Assembly (NCBI GenBank): GCA_903915465.1
Contig: CAIWTA010000120.1
Coordinates: forward strand, 591-64,590
Length of the DNA stretch: 64,000 bases
Direction of reading: 5' to 3'
Origin: an uncultured Bacteroidales bacterium
GTDB taxonomy: Bacteria; Bacteroidota; Bacteroidia; Bacteroidales; FEN-979
The translations under genes were made by a program, and so were the position numbers. Below are positions 24,457 through 33,422 of this stretch, in pieces. The notes below the pieces were generated by a model, which worked only from the letters and a program-made list of their open reading frames with translations, ran no database searches and had not been told where the DNA came from. Position 1 is the first letter of the stretch. Each line of letters starts with the position of its first letter.

Positions 24457-25737
24457 TTACTTGGTTTTCCTTCGGTTCAATAAGTCCTCCACAATATCTT
24501 CAACCACAACGACTCCTTCCAGTTGATTGTTCTTGTTGATCACAGGAATAGAAAGCAGGTTGTAACTGGAGAAGAGTTCTGCGAGAGAATCGACTTTGTC
24601 ATTGTCAAATACTACTACCGGGTTCTTCTTCATGAATTGCTTGAGTTGCAAATCAGGATCGGTAATCACGAGCTCCATCAATGAAATTGCAGAAATCAGG
24701 CGATTGTTCGGATCTGTCACAAAGATGGAGTAGATGTTTGAAGGCTCTGGTTGTAATTTTCGGATTTCGGCAAGGGTTCCTGCCACGGTCATCTCTTCAT
24801 TAAACGTATGAAAATCGGTTGTCATAATAGAACCTACAGCTTTATCCGGGTATTCAAGCAATTCGCGGACTTCTTCTGAAGATTCTTTCTCCATTTCATC
24901 CAACAGCTTGATGGCTTTTTCTTCTTCAAGGTTATCAAGTATATCCGCAACTTCATCTGCCGGCATTTTTTCAAGGAGATCAGCCATCTTTTCTATCGGC
25001 AGACTTTCTACCATATCAACCTGGGCTTTAGGTTCAAGTTCTTCAAGGACATCTGCGGCCTTTTCGTCATCGAGTGATGCAAAAAGAGAAGCTCTTGCTG
25101 TTTTGTCCATATCTTCAATGATATCGGCAAGGTCAGAAGGATGAAGCGTGTGTAATTTTGAAAACGATTTCGACAATTTGATCTTGGTACTCGCATCCGA
25201 AAAATCCACTGCCTGGATATCGTCCCAAAGGATCAGCTTTCCGGGAATGCTGATATTCAATGGATCCAGGGCAGTCTGGAGCGGCCGGTCGATCCCGATC
25301 CTCCGGAGAAGTCCTTCGATCCCGACATCCACAGCGATGGCATAGGTTCCTGATGGAATCATCACCATCCGCACATCATTGACCCGCACTAACTTTCTTC
25401 CATTGATATCCACGATTTGCTTGTCGAGAATATTCTGCCCAAGCCAAAGACAGGTAGATAAATTATCATATGAAATTTCTTTTACTTCGTGACAGATGAC
25501 ATGAATCTTTCTTTTAAATTTTTTAATCTCGAAGGAAGCGAAATCGAAGATTTTCAAGTCTTTCCCTTTTTTCATTTTTACGGCAATGACCCTTGGCCGC
25601 ACAGGTTCAGGTTCATTCTCCGACAAAGTTGCCTGATCAATCAAAAAATCCATCAACTTCCCCAACATCATTCCCTGGGGAGAAAAACATTTTTTCCCAA
25701 TGATTTGGCTAAGATAAAATGTAGTTTGTAATGTCAT
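24457..25737 (-). CDS. Soluble PRC-barrel / MgtE N-domain / CBS-pair protein (no membrane domain)
   Basis: The acidic helical MgtE_N block (LHPSDLADIIEDMD...AADVLEELEP...VADILDNLEEEKAIKLLDEM) is followed by tandem CBS. It lies 18 nt upstream of the transporter gene. Confidence 0.8.
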   Translation of the reverse strand: MTLQTTFYLSQIIGKKCFSPQGMMLGKLMDFLIDQATLSENEPEPVRPRVIAVKMKKGKDLKIFDFASFEIKKFKRKIHVICHEVKEISYDNLSTCLWLGQNILDKQIVDINGRKLVRVNDVRMVMIPSGTYAIAVDVGIEGLLRRIGIDRPLQTALDPLNISIPGKLILWDDIQAVDFSDASTKIKLSKSFSKLHTLHPSDLADIIEDMDKTARASLFASLDDEKAADVLEELEPKAQVDMVESLPIEKMADLLEKMPADEVADILDNLEEEKAIKLLDEMEKESSEEVRELLEYPDKAVGSIMTTDFHTFNEEMTVAGTLAEIRKLQPEPSNIYSIFVTDPNNRLISAISLMELVITDPDLQLKQFMKKNPVVVFDNDKVDSLAELFSSYNLLSIPVINKNNQLEGVVVVEDIVEDLLNRRKTK

Positions 25738-25896
25738 GGTCGCCTCCTTTCAAAAAGATAAATACTAACTGAAAGTTGGCAACGTGCTGTTAGAGCACGC
25801 CGATCGTCCTTTCAGCAGAGGGATACTTCAGCAGTTTAATATGCGCCGGTCCGTCGTCCATTTTGGGTAAAAACTTTAAATTCGGCGGCAAAGGTA
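25738..25896 (-). promoter_or_regulatory. Promoter (-7 box TACCTTTG, plus-strand 25889-25896) and about 145-nt structured 5' leader of the CBS/Nramp operon
   Basis: TAnnTTTG match, nested hairpins, the competing CTTTCA/TGAAAG pairings described in findings, and an unusual AGGAGG before the ATG. Confidence 0.35.
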
Positions 25897-25976
25897 AATA
25901 AATTAAGATTTATACCCAAAAGCTATTTTGAGGTTTATAAAATTTCAGTAAATGGAAACAGTATTTGAGAAAGGTT

Positions 25977-26084
25977 TCTCGCAGATTTCCGTGGATTTTA
26001 TCATAATTTTCGCAGAGAACAGACGCCGTAAAACAACAATGAATCTGCGTAAATCTGTGTTGTCATCTGCGATGATCTGCGAGA
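25977..26084. repeat. 108-nt element bounded by 10-bp inverted repeats (tctcgcagat / atctgcgaga) and filled with ATCTGCG-type heptamers
   Basis: Exact terminal inverted repeats. Internal heptamers lie at 26043, 26053, 26065 and 26075, and inverted copies at 25977 and 26009. Confidence 0.55.
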
Positions 26085-27154
26085 ACATTTGGACCATTTG
26101 CAGCAGCATCGGAAAGGAATTTTTCAATCAGTCGCGGAACAGGAAATTTATCAAGGTTTTTCAAAACTGCGGGGGTAAACTCATTCACTGGTTTTTTTCC
26201 CAAATGAACAACATAAAACCGGGCAAAAATCAATTGGTGCGTTAGTCTATGCTGATAAACTTTCGATCGCTTCCGGATCACGGCCTTTTTTGTTTTTACC
26301 AGATTTCTCCATTCGGCAGTTTGTATCAGTTTTGACTGCGACACAGGCCCGGATGATTCTATCAGGGGGAAGTCGTAAAGATTTTTCCAGATATCGTTTT
26401 CTTTCCGTTTCCGGAGATAAATTATTTCACCATTTTCAGGATCCTTGTAAATGAGAACCAGGAAATTAAAATATCGTTTCCTTGGTTGAATCGCTTTGGA
26501 TTTAACAGGCAGGTCAACAACTTTTTCATGGGTAAACGCGAAACAGTTTTCCCGGAAAGGGCAAGCATGACAGTCCGGGGATCCGGTTTTGCACTGCAAT
26601 GACCCGAATTCCATTATGGCCTGGTTGAACTTCCCGGGGTTTGCCAAATCCATTTTCCCCCGGGCAAGCAGAAGAACCGCCTTTTTACCGGAAGCTTTAT
26701 CGACAGATTCAAAAATCCCAAAATACCTGGAGAAGAAGCGCAACACATTTCCATCGACAACAGGATAAGGCATGTCATACGCCATGGATGCAATTGCGGC
26801 CGCGGTATAATCGCCAATTCCTTTAAGATTCCGTATTTCAGCATAAGTTGAGGGGAATAGCCCTTGATTCATTTTTACGATTTCCTTTGCTGAATGAAGA
26901 AGATTCCGTGCCCGTGAATAATATCCCAGTCCCTGCCAGAGTTTCAGTACGTCATGTTCATCAGCTGCAGCAAGATCAGAAATAGTGCTGAAACGATCCA
27001 TGAACCGATGATAATAGTTTAGCCCCTGTTCTATCCTAGTTTGTTGAAGAATGATTTCGGAAATCCAGATTTTATAAGGATCCTTCGTTCTCCTCCAGGG
27101 AAGATCACGTTGGTGAAGGTCGTACCAGGAAAAAAGAAGCTTCGTAAAATTCAT
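26063..27154 (-). CDS. mutY: A/G-specific adenine DNA glycosylase MutY
   Basis: LPWRRTKDPYKIWISEIILQQT, HhH-GPD, the 4Fe-4S Cys cluster CxxxxxxCxxCxxxxxC, and a NUDIX-like C-terminus. The last few codons run into the repeat at 25977-26084. Confidence 0.85.
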   Translation of the reverse strand: MNFTKLLFSWYDLHQRDLPWRRTKDPYKIWISEIILQQTRIEQGLNYYHRFMDRFSTISDLAAADEHDVLKLWQGLGYYSRARNLLHSAKEIVKMNQGLFPSTYAEIRNLKGIGDYTAAAIASMAYDMPYPVVDGNVLRFFSRYFGIFESVDKASGKKAVLLLARGKMDLANPGKFNQAIMEFGSLQCKTGSPDCHACPFRENCFAFTHEKVVDLPVKSKAIQPRKRYFNFLVLIYKDPENGEIIYLRKRKENDIWKNLYDFPLIESSGPVSQSKLIQTAEWRNLVKTKKAVIRKRSKVYQHRLTHQLIFARFYVVHLGKKPVNEFTPAVLKNLDKFPVPRLIEKFLSDAAANGPNVLADHRR

Positions 27155-27311
27155 TGCAGAAATTTCCAGGTCAAGTCTATCGACAGGATTTTACCGATAA
27201 ACCGGTAAAATTAAGCAAATGTACGATGTGGAAAGAATGATGAAGTATCGTCTGATGAGATTAGAATTTCAAGAAAATTACGATTTATTTCCTTGTGTTT
27301 GAAATTTATTC

Positions 27312-27319
27312 TATATTTG
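27312..27319 (+). promoter_or_regulatory. Bacteroidota -7 promoter box TATATTTG
   Basis: TAnnTTTG match 63 nt upstream of the HU start. Confidence 0.4.
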
Positions 27320-27381
27320 CAGCCCCGTTTTGAACAGGAAATACATTCATAATTAAAATATTATAACTAATCTGAAGCAAG

Positions 27382-27672
27382 ATGACAAAAGCAGAAATTG
27401 TAGCAGACATTGCCATTAAAACAGGAATTGAAAAGGTAGCCGTTCAGGCTGCTGTTGAAGCCTTCATGGAGACCTTGAAAAACTCTCTGGTACATGGAGA
27501 AAATGTTTATTTAAGAGGTTTTGGTAGTTTTATTATCAAGAAAAGAGCGGAAAAAACAGGAAGAAACATTTCAAAAAACACCACGATCATCATCCCGGCG
27601 CATAACATTCCCGCGTTTAAACCAGCCAAAACCTTTGTAACTAAGGTAAAATCAACAGTAAAAGCGAAATAA
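27382..27672 (+). CDS. hup: HU-family DNA-binding protein
   Basis: MTKAEIVADIA...VYLRGFGSF...RNISKNTTIIIPAHNIPAFKP. Confidence 0.9.
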   Translation: MTKAEIVADIAIKTGIEKVAVQAAVEAFMETLKNSLVHGENVYLRGFGSFIIKKRAEKTGRNISKNTTIIIPAHNIPAFKPAKTFVTKVKSTVKAK

Positions 27673-27692
27673 CCCTTTAAGCGGAATTAATT

Positions 27693-27782
27693 ATGCCAAG
27701 CGGAAAAAAGAGAAAAAGACACAAGATGTCGACCCATAAACGCAAAAAACGTTTACGGAAGAACAGACATAAGAAAAAATAA
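27693..27782 (+). CDS. 29-aa Lys/Arg-rich mini-protein, bS22 (AURKAIP1/COX24-like) ribosomal protein candidate
   Basis: Not in the ORF track (under 60 aa). ATG at 27693 gives MPSGKKRKRHKMSTHKRKKRLRKNRHKKK then stop. It sits between HU and rng. Confidence 0.6.
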   Translation: MPSGKKRKRHKMSTHKRKKRLRKNRHKKK

Positions 27783-27931
27783 ATTGACATGACCACTCGT
27801 CACACTTTTCTTCTGAGTGTGAAGATTCCCGGTCTTCAATTTTGTCCCACACGTATTGCCTGCTACAATTCCTTAAGTCATTGACATCATTGATCCTGTA
27901 TCGATGGATAGGGGAATTAAAAAAATAAATA

Positions 27932-29482
27932 GTGAATAAGGAATTAATTATCAATTCAACTTCATCCGAGGTTGAAATTGCTTTGCTCGAGGATAAACTT
28001 CTCGTTGAACTAAACAAGGAAAAATCGAACAATGAGTTTGCTGTTGGTGATATTTACCTGGGAAAGATCAAAAAGATCATGCCCGGGTTAAATGCTGCTT
28101 TCGTGGATGTGGGTTATGGCAAAGATGCTTTCTTGCATTACCTTGACCTCGGTCCACAGATAAATTCGTTGCTTACTTATGTAAAAATTGGACTTTCGGG
28201 AACCAATATTCCTCTTTCCATTGCCGATTTTAAACTTGAAGAGGATATTCAGAAATCCGGAAGGATCAACAGTGTTCTGAAACCTAATCAGCAGATCATC
28301 ATCCAGGTAGCAAAGGAACCGATCTCAACCAAAGGGCCTCGGGTGACTTCCGAACTTTCGTTTGCCGGAAGGTATGTGGTAATGATCCCCTTTTCTGATA
28401 AAATTTCGGTTTCCCAAAAGATCAAAAGTCCTGAAGAACGAAATCGTCTTAAGCGGCTTATCGCAAGCATCAAACCCAAAAATTGCGGTGTCATCATCCG
28501 TACAGTTGCCGAGAATAAACTGGTGGCTGATCTCGATGCAGACCTCCGTTCATTATACAAGAAGTGGGAGATCATCACACAAAAAATACCCACTGCCAAA
28601 GCTCCGCAGAAGATCATTGGAGAAATGGACCGTACATCGGCTATTCTCCGGGACATGCTGAACGCTGATTTCAACAATGTTATTGTCAACGACATAGCAG
28701 TATTTGAAGAGATAAAAAGCTACATCCTGAAAATTGCCCCGGAAAAACTGGGTATTGTCAAGCTTCATTCAGGGAAGGCACACATTTTTGAACAATACGG
28801 AGTTGATAAGCAGATTAAAGGTTCATTTGGGAAAACAGTCACAATAAAGAGCGGAACTTACCTGATCATCGAACACACGGAAGCATTACACGTAATTGAT
28901 ATCAACAGTGGCCACCGGGTAAACTCAGAACAGAACCAGGAAGCCAATGTCCTGGAAGTGAATCTTGAAGCGGCTACAGAAGTAGCACGCCAGTTACGTC
29001 TTCGCGATATGGGCGGGATTATCGTTGTGGATTTCATTGATATGAACCAGGGCGCAAACCGCAGGAAATTATATGAAAAACTGAAGACAGAAATGACCCG
29101 CGACCGGGCCAAACATTCCATCCTTCCTCCAAGCAAATTCGGGCTGGTTCAGATCACCCGCCAACGGGTAAGACCGGAAATGAATGTCCAGATCCTTGAA
29201 AAATGCCCGTCATGTGAAGGTACCGGTGAAATCAGGCCATCTGTTTTGCTGACTGATGATATTGAAAACAACATCAGTTACCTCATCCGCGAGCAAAATG
29301 AGAAATATTTGTCTCTTTTTGTTCATCCATATATTTATGCTTTCCTGACCAAAGGTTTTTTTAGTGTGAAATGGGACTGGCGTTACCGGTACAAAAGATG
29401 GATTCATCTGAAACCACAATCATCATATCACTTCCTGGAATATCATTTCTTTAATAAGAACGCGGACGAGATAAAAATGTAA
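27932..29482 (+). CDS. rng: Ribonuclease E/G family (Rng/CafA-like)
   Basis: S1 domain (VGDIYLGKIKKIMPGLNAAFVDVG), catalytic core (IDINSG, GGIIVVDFIDM) and a Zn-link CPxCxG. Apparent GTG start. Confidence 0.85.
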   Translation: MNKELIINSTSSEVEIALLEDKLLVELNKEKSNNEFAVGDIYLGKIKKIMPGLNAAFVDVGYGKDAFLHYLDLGPQINSLLTYVKIGLSGTNIPLSIADFKLEEDIQKSGRINSVLKPNQQIIIQVAKEPISTKGPRVTSELSFAGRYVVMIPFSDKISVSQKIKSPEERNRLKRLIASIKPKNCGVIIRTVAENKLVADLDADLRSLYKKWEIITQKIPTAKAPQKIIGEMDRTSAILRDMLNADFNNVIVNDIAVFEEIKSYILKIAPEKLGIVKLHSGKAHIFEQYGVDKQIKGSFGKTVTIKSGTYLIIEHTEALHVIDINSGHRVNSEQNQEANVLEVNLEAATEVARQLRLRDMGGIIVVDFIDMNQGANRRKLYEKLKTEMTRDRAKHSILPPSKFGLVQITRQRVRPEMNVQILEKCPSCEGTGEIRPSVLLTDDIENNISYLIREQNEKYLSLFVHPYIYAFLTKGFFSVKWDWRYRYKRWIHLKPQSSYHFLEYHFFNKNADEIKM

Positions 29483-29510
29483 CTGGTAGCATTTTTTAGG
29501 AAATCCCAAT

Positions 29511-29538
29511 AATTCATAATTCATAATTCATAATTCAT
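29511..29538. repeat. Tandem heptamer aattcat x4 abutting the trpS start codon
   Basis: Exact copies. The ATG at 29540 follows directly. Confidence 0.85.
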
Positions 29539-29539
29539 A

Positions 29540-30535
29540 ATGAGCATTGTTGTCAGCGGCATCCGGCCCACAGGGAACCTCCACCTGGGAAACTATTTCG
29601 GGGCCATTAAAAGCTTTGTAAGAATGCAGCAGGAAGACCAGTGCTTCTTCTTTATCGCCGATTATCATTCCCTGACTACTCATCCAACACCAGGAGATCT
29701 TCATGGCAATGTAAAAAATGTGCTCGTTGAATTCCTGGCAAGTGGCTTAGATCCTGAAAAAGCAACTTTGTACATACAGAGCGATGTTCCGGAAGTAGCT
29801 GAACTCTACCTGATGCTCAACATGAACGCATATATTGGCGAACTGGAACGTTGTACTTCATTCAAGGAAAAGATACGCACGCAGCCTCAGAATATCAATG
29901 CAGGCCTGCTTACTTACCCCACGCTGATGGCTTCTGATATCATCATTCATAAAGCGCATAAAGTTCCTGTTGGAAAAGACCAGGAACAACATCTTGAAAT
30001 GACCCGCACGTTTGCCAACCGCTTTAACCGCCTTTACAATATTGACTATTTCCCCGAACCGGTAGCCTATTCGTTTGAGCAAAACCTGGTAAAAATTCCC
30101 GGTCTCGATGGTAGCCTGAAAATGTCTAAATCTGACAACGAGAACAGTGCGATCTTTCTTGCAGACACCGCGGAAGTAATACGTAAAAAGGTGATGCGTG
30201 CGGTTACTGATACCGGTCCTGCCGAAATAAACCAGCCTAAAACGCAGGCTATTGAGAACCTTTTCAGTTTGATGAATGTATTGTCTTCAACTGAGACATA
30301 CGATCATTTCAATGAACTTTATAATACCTGCCAGATTCGCTATGGCGATATGAAAAAGCAGTTATCAGAAGATGTGGTGCGTTTTGTTGAACCTTTCTCC
30401 GAAAAAATCAAAGAACTTCATTCAAACGGGGATTACCTGAGAAAGGTCATTGAAATGGGGGCAGAAAAAGCCCGCATCAGCGCACGCAAGACCATCTCAG
30501 AAGTGCGTGAGATCATTGGATTTAAGAGTTTCTAG
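29540..30535 (+). CDS. trpS: Tryptophan--tRNA ligase
   Basis: GIRPTGNLHLGNYFG (HIGH-type) and KMSKS. Confidence 0.95.
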   Translation: MSIVVSGIRPTGNLHLGNYFGAIKSFVRMQQEDQCFFFIADYHSLTTHPTPGDLHGNVKNVLVEFLASGLDPEKATLYIQSDVPEVAELYLMLNMNAYIGELERCTSFKEKIRTQPQNINAGLLTYPTLMASDIIIHKAHKVPVGKDQEQHLEMTRTFANRFNRLYNIDYFPEPVAYSFEQNLVKIPGLDGSLKMSKSDNENSAIFLADTAEVIRKKVMRAVTDTGPAEINQPKTQAIENLFSLMNVLSSTETYDHFNELYNTCQIRYGDMKKQLSEDVVRFVEPFSEKIKELHSNGDYLRKVIEMGAEKARISARKTISEVREIIGFKSF

Positions 30536-30538
30536 AGG

Positions 30539-31717
30539 ATGTTCAATACTGCTCCGACCAAAGAAACTGCCGTCCTGATCGGCCTCGCTACCAGAAACCA
30601 GAGCCTTGAAAGAATCACGGAATACCTTGAAGAACTTTCCTTTCTTGTAGATACTGCGGGCGGAGTTGCCGTTAAGACGTTTATTCAGAAACTTGATCTC
30701 CCCGATTCAAGAACATATGTTGGAAAAGGGAAAATGGAAGAGATTGCAGCATATATCGAAGAACACCAGGTTGATATGGCTGTTTTTGACGATGAACTTT
30801 CCCCCAGCCAGATCAGGAATATCGAAAGAATCCTCAACTGTAAGATCCTTGACCGGAATAATCTGATTCTCGACATTTTTGCACGGAGGGCAGCCACTTC
30901 TCATGCCCGGACGCAGGTTGAGCTTGCACAATGTGAGTACCTGCTTCCGCGATTGACAAGAATGTGGACTCACCTTGAGAAGCAGCGCGGCGGCATCGGG
31001 CTCAGAGGGCCTGGAGAGCAGGAAATCGAAACAGACCGGCGGATCCTTCGTTACCGGATCTCTTTGTTAAAGGAAAAACTTGAAGATATAGACAAACAGC
31101 AAGCGACACAGCGTAAAAACCGGCGGGATATGGTTCGTGTGGCACTAGTTGGCTATACCAATGTCGGTAAATCTACCCTGATGAATCTTTTGAGTAAATC
31201 CGACATTTTTGCTGAGAATAAGCTTTTTGCAACCCTCGATACCACTGTCCGGAAAATGGTCATTCATGACCTTCCTTTTCTCCTCTCCGATACAGTCGGG
31301 TTTATCCGGAAACTGCCCCACACCCTCATCGAATCTTTCAAATCTACGCTGGATGAAGTCCGTGAATCAGACCTGATGATCCATGTCGTTGACATCTCTC
31401 ACCATGATTTTGAAGAACAGATCAGTGTCGTCAAACAGACACTGACCGAAATCGGCGCATCCGACAAACCGGTCATCATGCTTTTCAACAAGATCGACAA
31501 CTATACTCATATCGTGAAGGAAGAAGATGATCTTACACCGGTTCAAAAAGAAAACATGACGCTTGAAGAGCTCGAAAAGACTTGGATGGCGAAGGATAAC
31601 CTGCCCTGCTTGTTTGTATCCGCAACTGAGAAACTGAATATTGATGAACTGAAGGAGTTGATCTATTCTGAGGTGAAGAAACTGCGTGAGCTGAGATACC
31701 CTCCGATACAGGGATGA
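30539..31717 (+). CDS. hflX: GTPase HflX
   Basis: HflX N-domain, LALVGYTNVGKSTL, DTVGF, NKID. Confidence 0.9.
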   Translation: MFNTAPTKETAVLIGLATRNQSLERITEYLEELSFLVDTAGGVAVKTFIQKLDLPDSRTYVGKGKMEEIAAYIEEHQVDMAVFDDELSPSQIRNIERILNCKILDRNNLILDIFARRAATSHARTQVELAQCEYLLPRLTRMWTHLEKQRGGIGLRGPGEQEIETDRRILRYRISLLKEKLEDIDKQQATQRKNRRDMVRVALVGYTNVGKSTLMNLLSKSDIFAENKLFATLDTTVRKMVIHDLPFLLSDTVGFIRKLPHTLIESFKSTLDEVRESDLMIHVVDISHHDFEEQISVVKQTLTEIGASDKPVIMLFNKIDNYTHIVKEEDDLTPVQKENMTLEELEKTWMAKDNLPCLFVSATEKLNIDELKELIYSEVKKLRELRYPPIQG

Positions 31718-31758
31718 TTTGATTTCTGTTCCATCATCAATAAAAGATGGACATATAG

Positions 31759-32664
31759 CTAACGAAATTTCACCAGTTTTTTATTTGTCGTATTGTTGTC
31801 TTTGTCAATAAATGTCAGGATGTATGTTCCGCTTTGCAAATTGTCAATAGTAATTTTTGTCAGGTTGCTGGTTTGTTGCTGAAAAATGATTTTCCCAAAC
31901 AAGTCTGAAAGCCGTATTTCCTGAACACTTATTGATTTGTCAAATTCAACTGTGAATGAACTGTTCGAAGGATTCGGATAAACTCTTACCGGATCAATTT
32001 TTTTCCCTATTGATTCTGTTGACGTAATAAGATCGCAATTGACTGATGTGCCGGGATATAGTGTATTTCCATTTTGACTGAAGCAGGTAGTAGAAATGTC
32101 GGCCCAATCCACAACTCCGCCGGGGGAATCCTCTATCAGCCCATAGGTCGAACCTACTCCTTCAATGAAATAAATGTTATAACCGGAATTGATTTCCCAC
32201 CTTTTACGGTAATCAGCACCCACCAGAACCGAATCAATAGACACGACAACATCTTTTGTGGTAAGGTTGGTTTCAATATATCCTCGTACCGTATCTCCAA
32301 CCTGCATGGCAAAATCGTACAGCAGTTGTTCGGTGTTAGCATCAGGAGGAATAATGTAAACTTTCCTGTTCAGAACGTCCTGCCGGATCGCCCCACGATA
32401 ACCAGCAGAAGTTAATGTTGTTGTCGATTTTACTGAAGACACGACATAAGGAATAAACAACTGATGATAAGGGAGCCCATTAATAAGTGTATCTCCCGGT
32501 ATGATGATTGAATAAAATTCCATAAGCGCAGGGCCCGGGTAGCCCATGAGTGTCAGCTGCATATTCCATTGGGCGTTACTTTCAGGGAATGGATAGTAAA
32601 CTGATTTCTGCGCCACTGATGAGAGAGTAATTAATACCGTGATAAAAAGTAAAAGTTTTTTCAT
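31759..32664 (-). CDS. Secreted protein with T9SS C-terminal sorting domain, function unknown
   Basis: Signal peptide MKKLLLFITVLITLSSVAQ and CTD VYPNPSNSSFTVEF...GTYILTF...KLVKFR. Confidence 0.7.
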   Translation of the reverse strand: MKKLLLFITVLITLSSVAQKSVYYPFPESNAQWNMQLTLMGYPGPALMEFYSIIIPGDTLINGLPYHQLFIPYVVSSVKSTTTLTSAGYRGAIRQDVLNRKVYIIPPDANTEQLLYDFAMQVGDTVRGYIETNLTTKDVVVSIDSVLVGADYRKRWEINSGYNIYFIEGVGSTYGLIEDSPGGVVDWADISTTCFSQNGNTLYPGTSVNCDLITSTESIGKKIDPVRVYPNPSNSSFTVEFDKSISVQEIRLSDLFGKIIFQQQTSNLTKITIDNLQSGTYILTFIDKDNNTTNKKLVKFR

Positions 32665-32833
32665 AGCTGGTGGTTTTGATAAGTTGCTTAACAATATTTT
32701 GTGCGTTACTATATTTTACCGAAATTACCACACCCTTCCTGGCCATTTTCGAATTTGATCTGAAAAAAATATACCCCTGATGGTAAATCAGAAACGTCAA
32801 TTATGCAGCCAGCTTAGCATTGACGGAGTAAAA

Positions 32834-33337
32834 TTATTTCTGTTTTTGATGTTTATCTAATATCAGCTTTATTCTATTACAAATTGTATTTGAAATATCA
32901 TCTTTCCTTTTCTTATCAAAATAGGTCAGTGAGAATGTCGTAAGCACATACACTCTCGTAGAATCCGGGAAGGTCTTATAATAAATCCCGGCGAGCGTAG
33001 GAATGGTGCCTTTTGACACGCCATACCATATTTCTGTACCTTTCTTAACGTTCCGGAACTTCTGCTCATAATTCAACGAAAGCATTGTGAATTTGATACA
33101 TTCAGACAATAAACTATCACGAACCAGGGAAAAGCTTATCAGATCCTGGTAAGTTGTTTTTTTATCCGGGATGGAGTCTTTAAATGAAACGAATGGTTTT
33201 GGTAAGGTAAAAGAAATCAGATTGTTTGATTTTGGGAAATCATTGATGGAATAATATTTTTCATAAGGAATTGAGATTTGGGCAACTGAAGGAAGGTGGC
33301 AACCGATGATACAAAAAAACAGGATATATCTATTCAT
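32834..33337 (-). CDS. Secreted hypothetical protein
   Basis: 167-aa ORF with signal peptide ...HLPSVAQ. Confidence 0.5.
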   Translation of the reverse strand: MNRYILFFCIIGCHLPSVAQISIPYEKYYSINDFPKSNNLISFTLPKPFVSFKDSIPDKKTTYQDLISFSLVRDSLLSECIKFTMLSLNYEQKFRNVKKGTEIWYGVSKGTIPTLAGIYYKTFPDSTRVYVLTTFSLTYFDKKRKDDISNTICNRIKLILDKHQKQK

Positions 33338-33422
33338 CTCTCAAAATTCTTTGATGTGCCAGGCGCCTTGATATCTGCAAAATGCTTCAGCGAAACTCAG
33401 CGGGAAAAATCGGAGAGATGGT

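Noticed and set aside
25738-25896. Assigning the leader to a named riboswitch class (M-box, yybP-ykoY)
   Set aside because: I could not match the remembered consensus cores of either class by eye. It stays an unclassified structured leader until a covariance-model scan is run.
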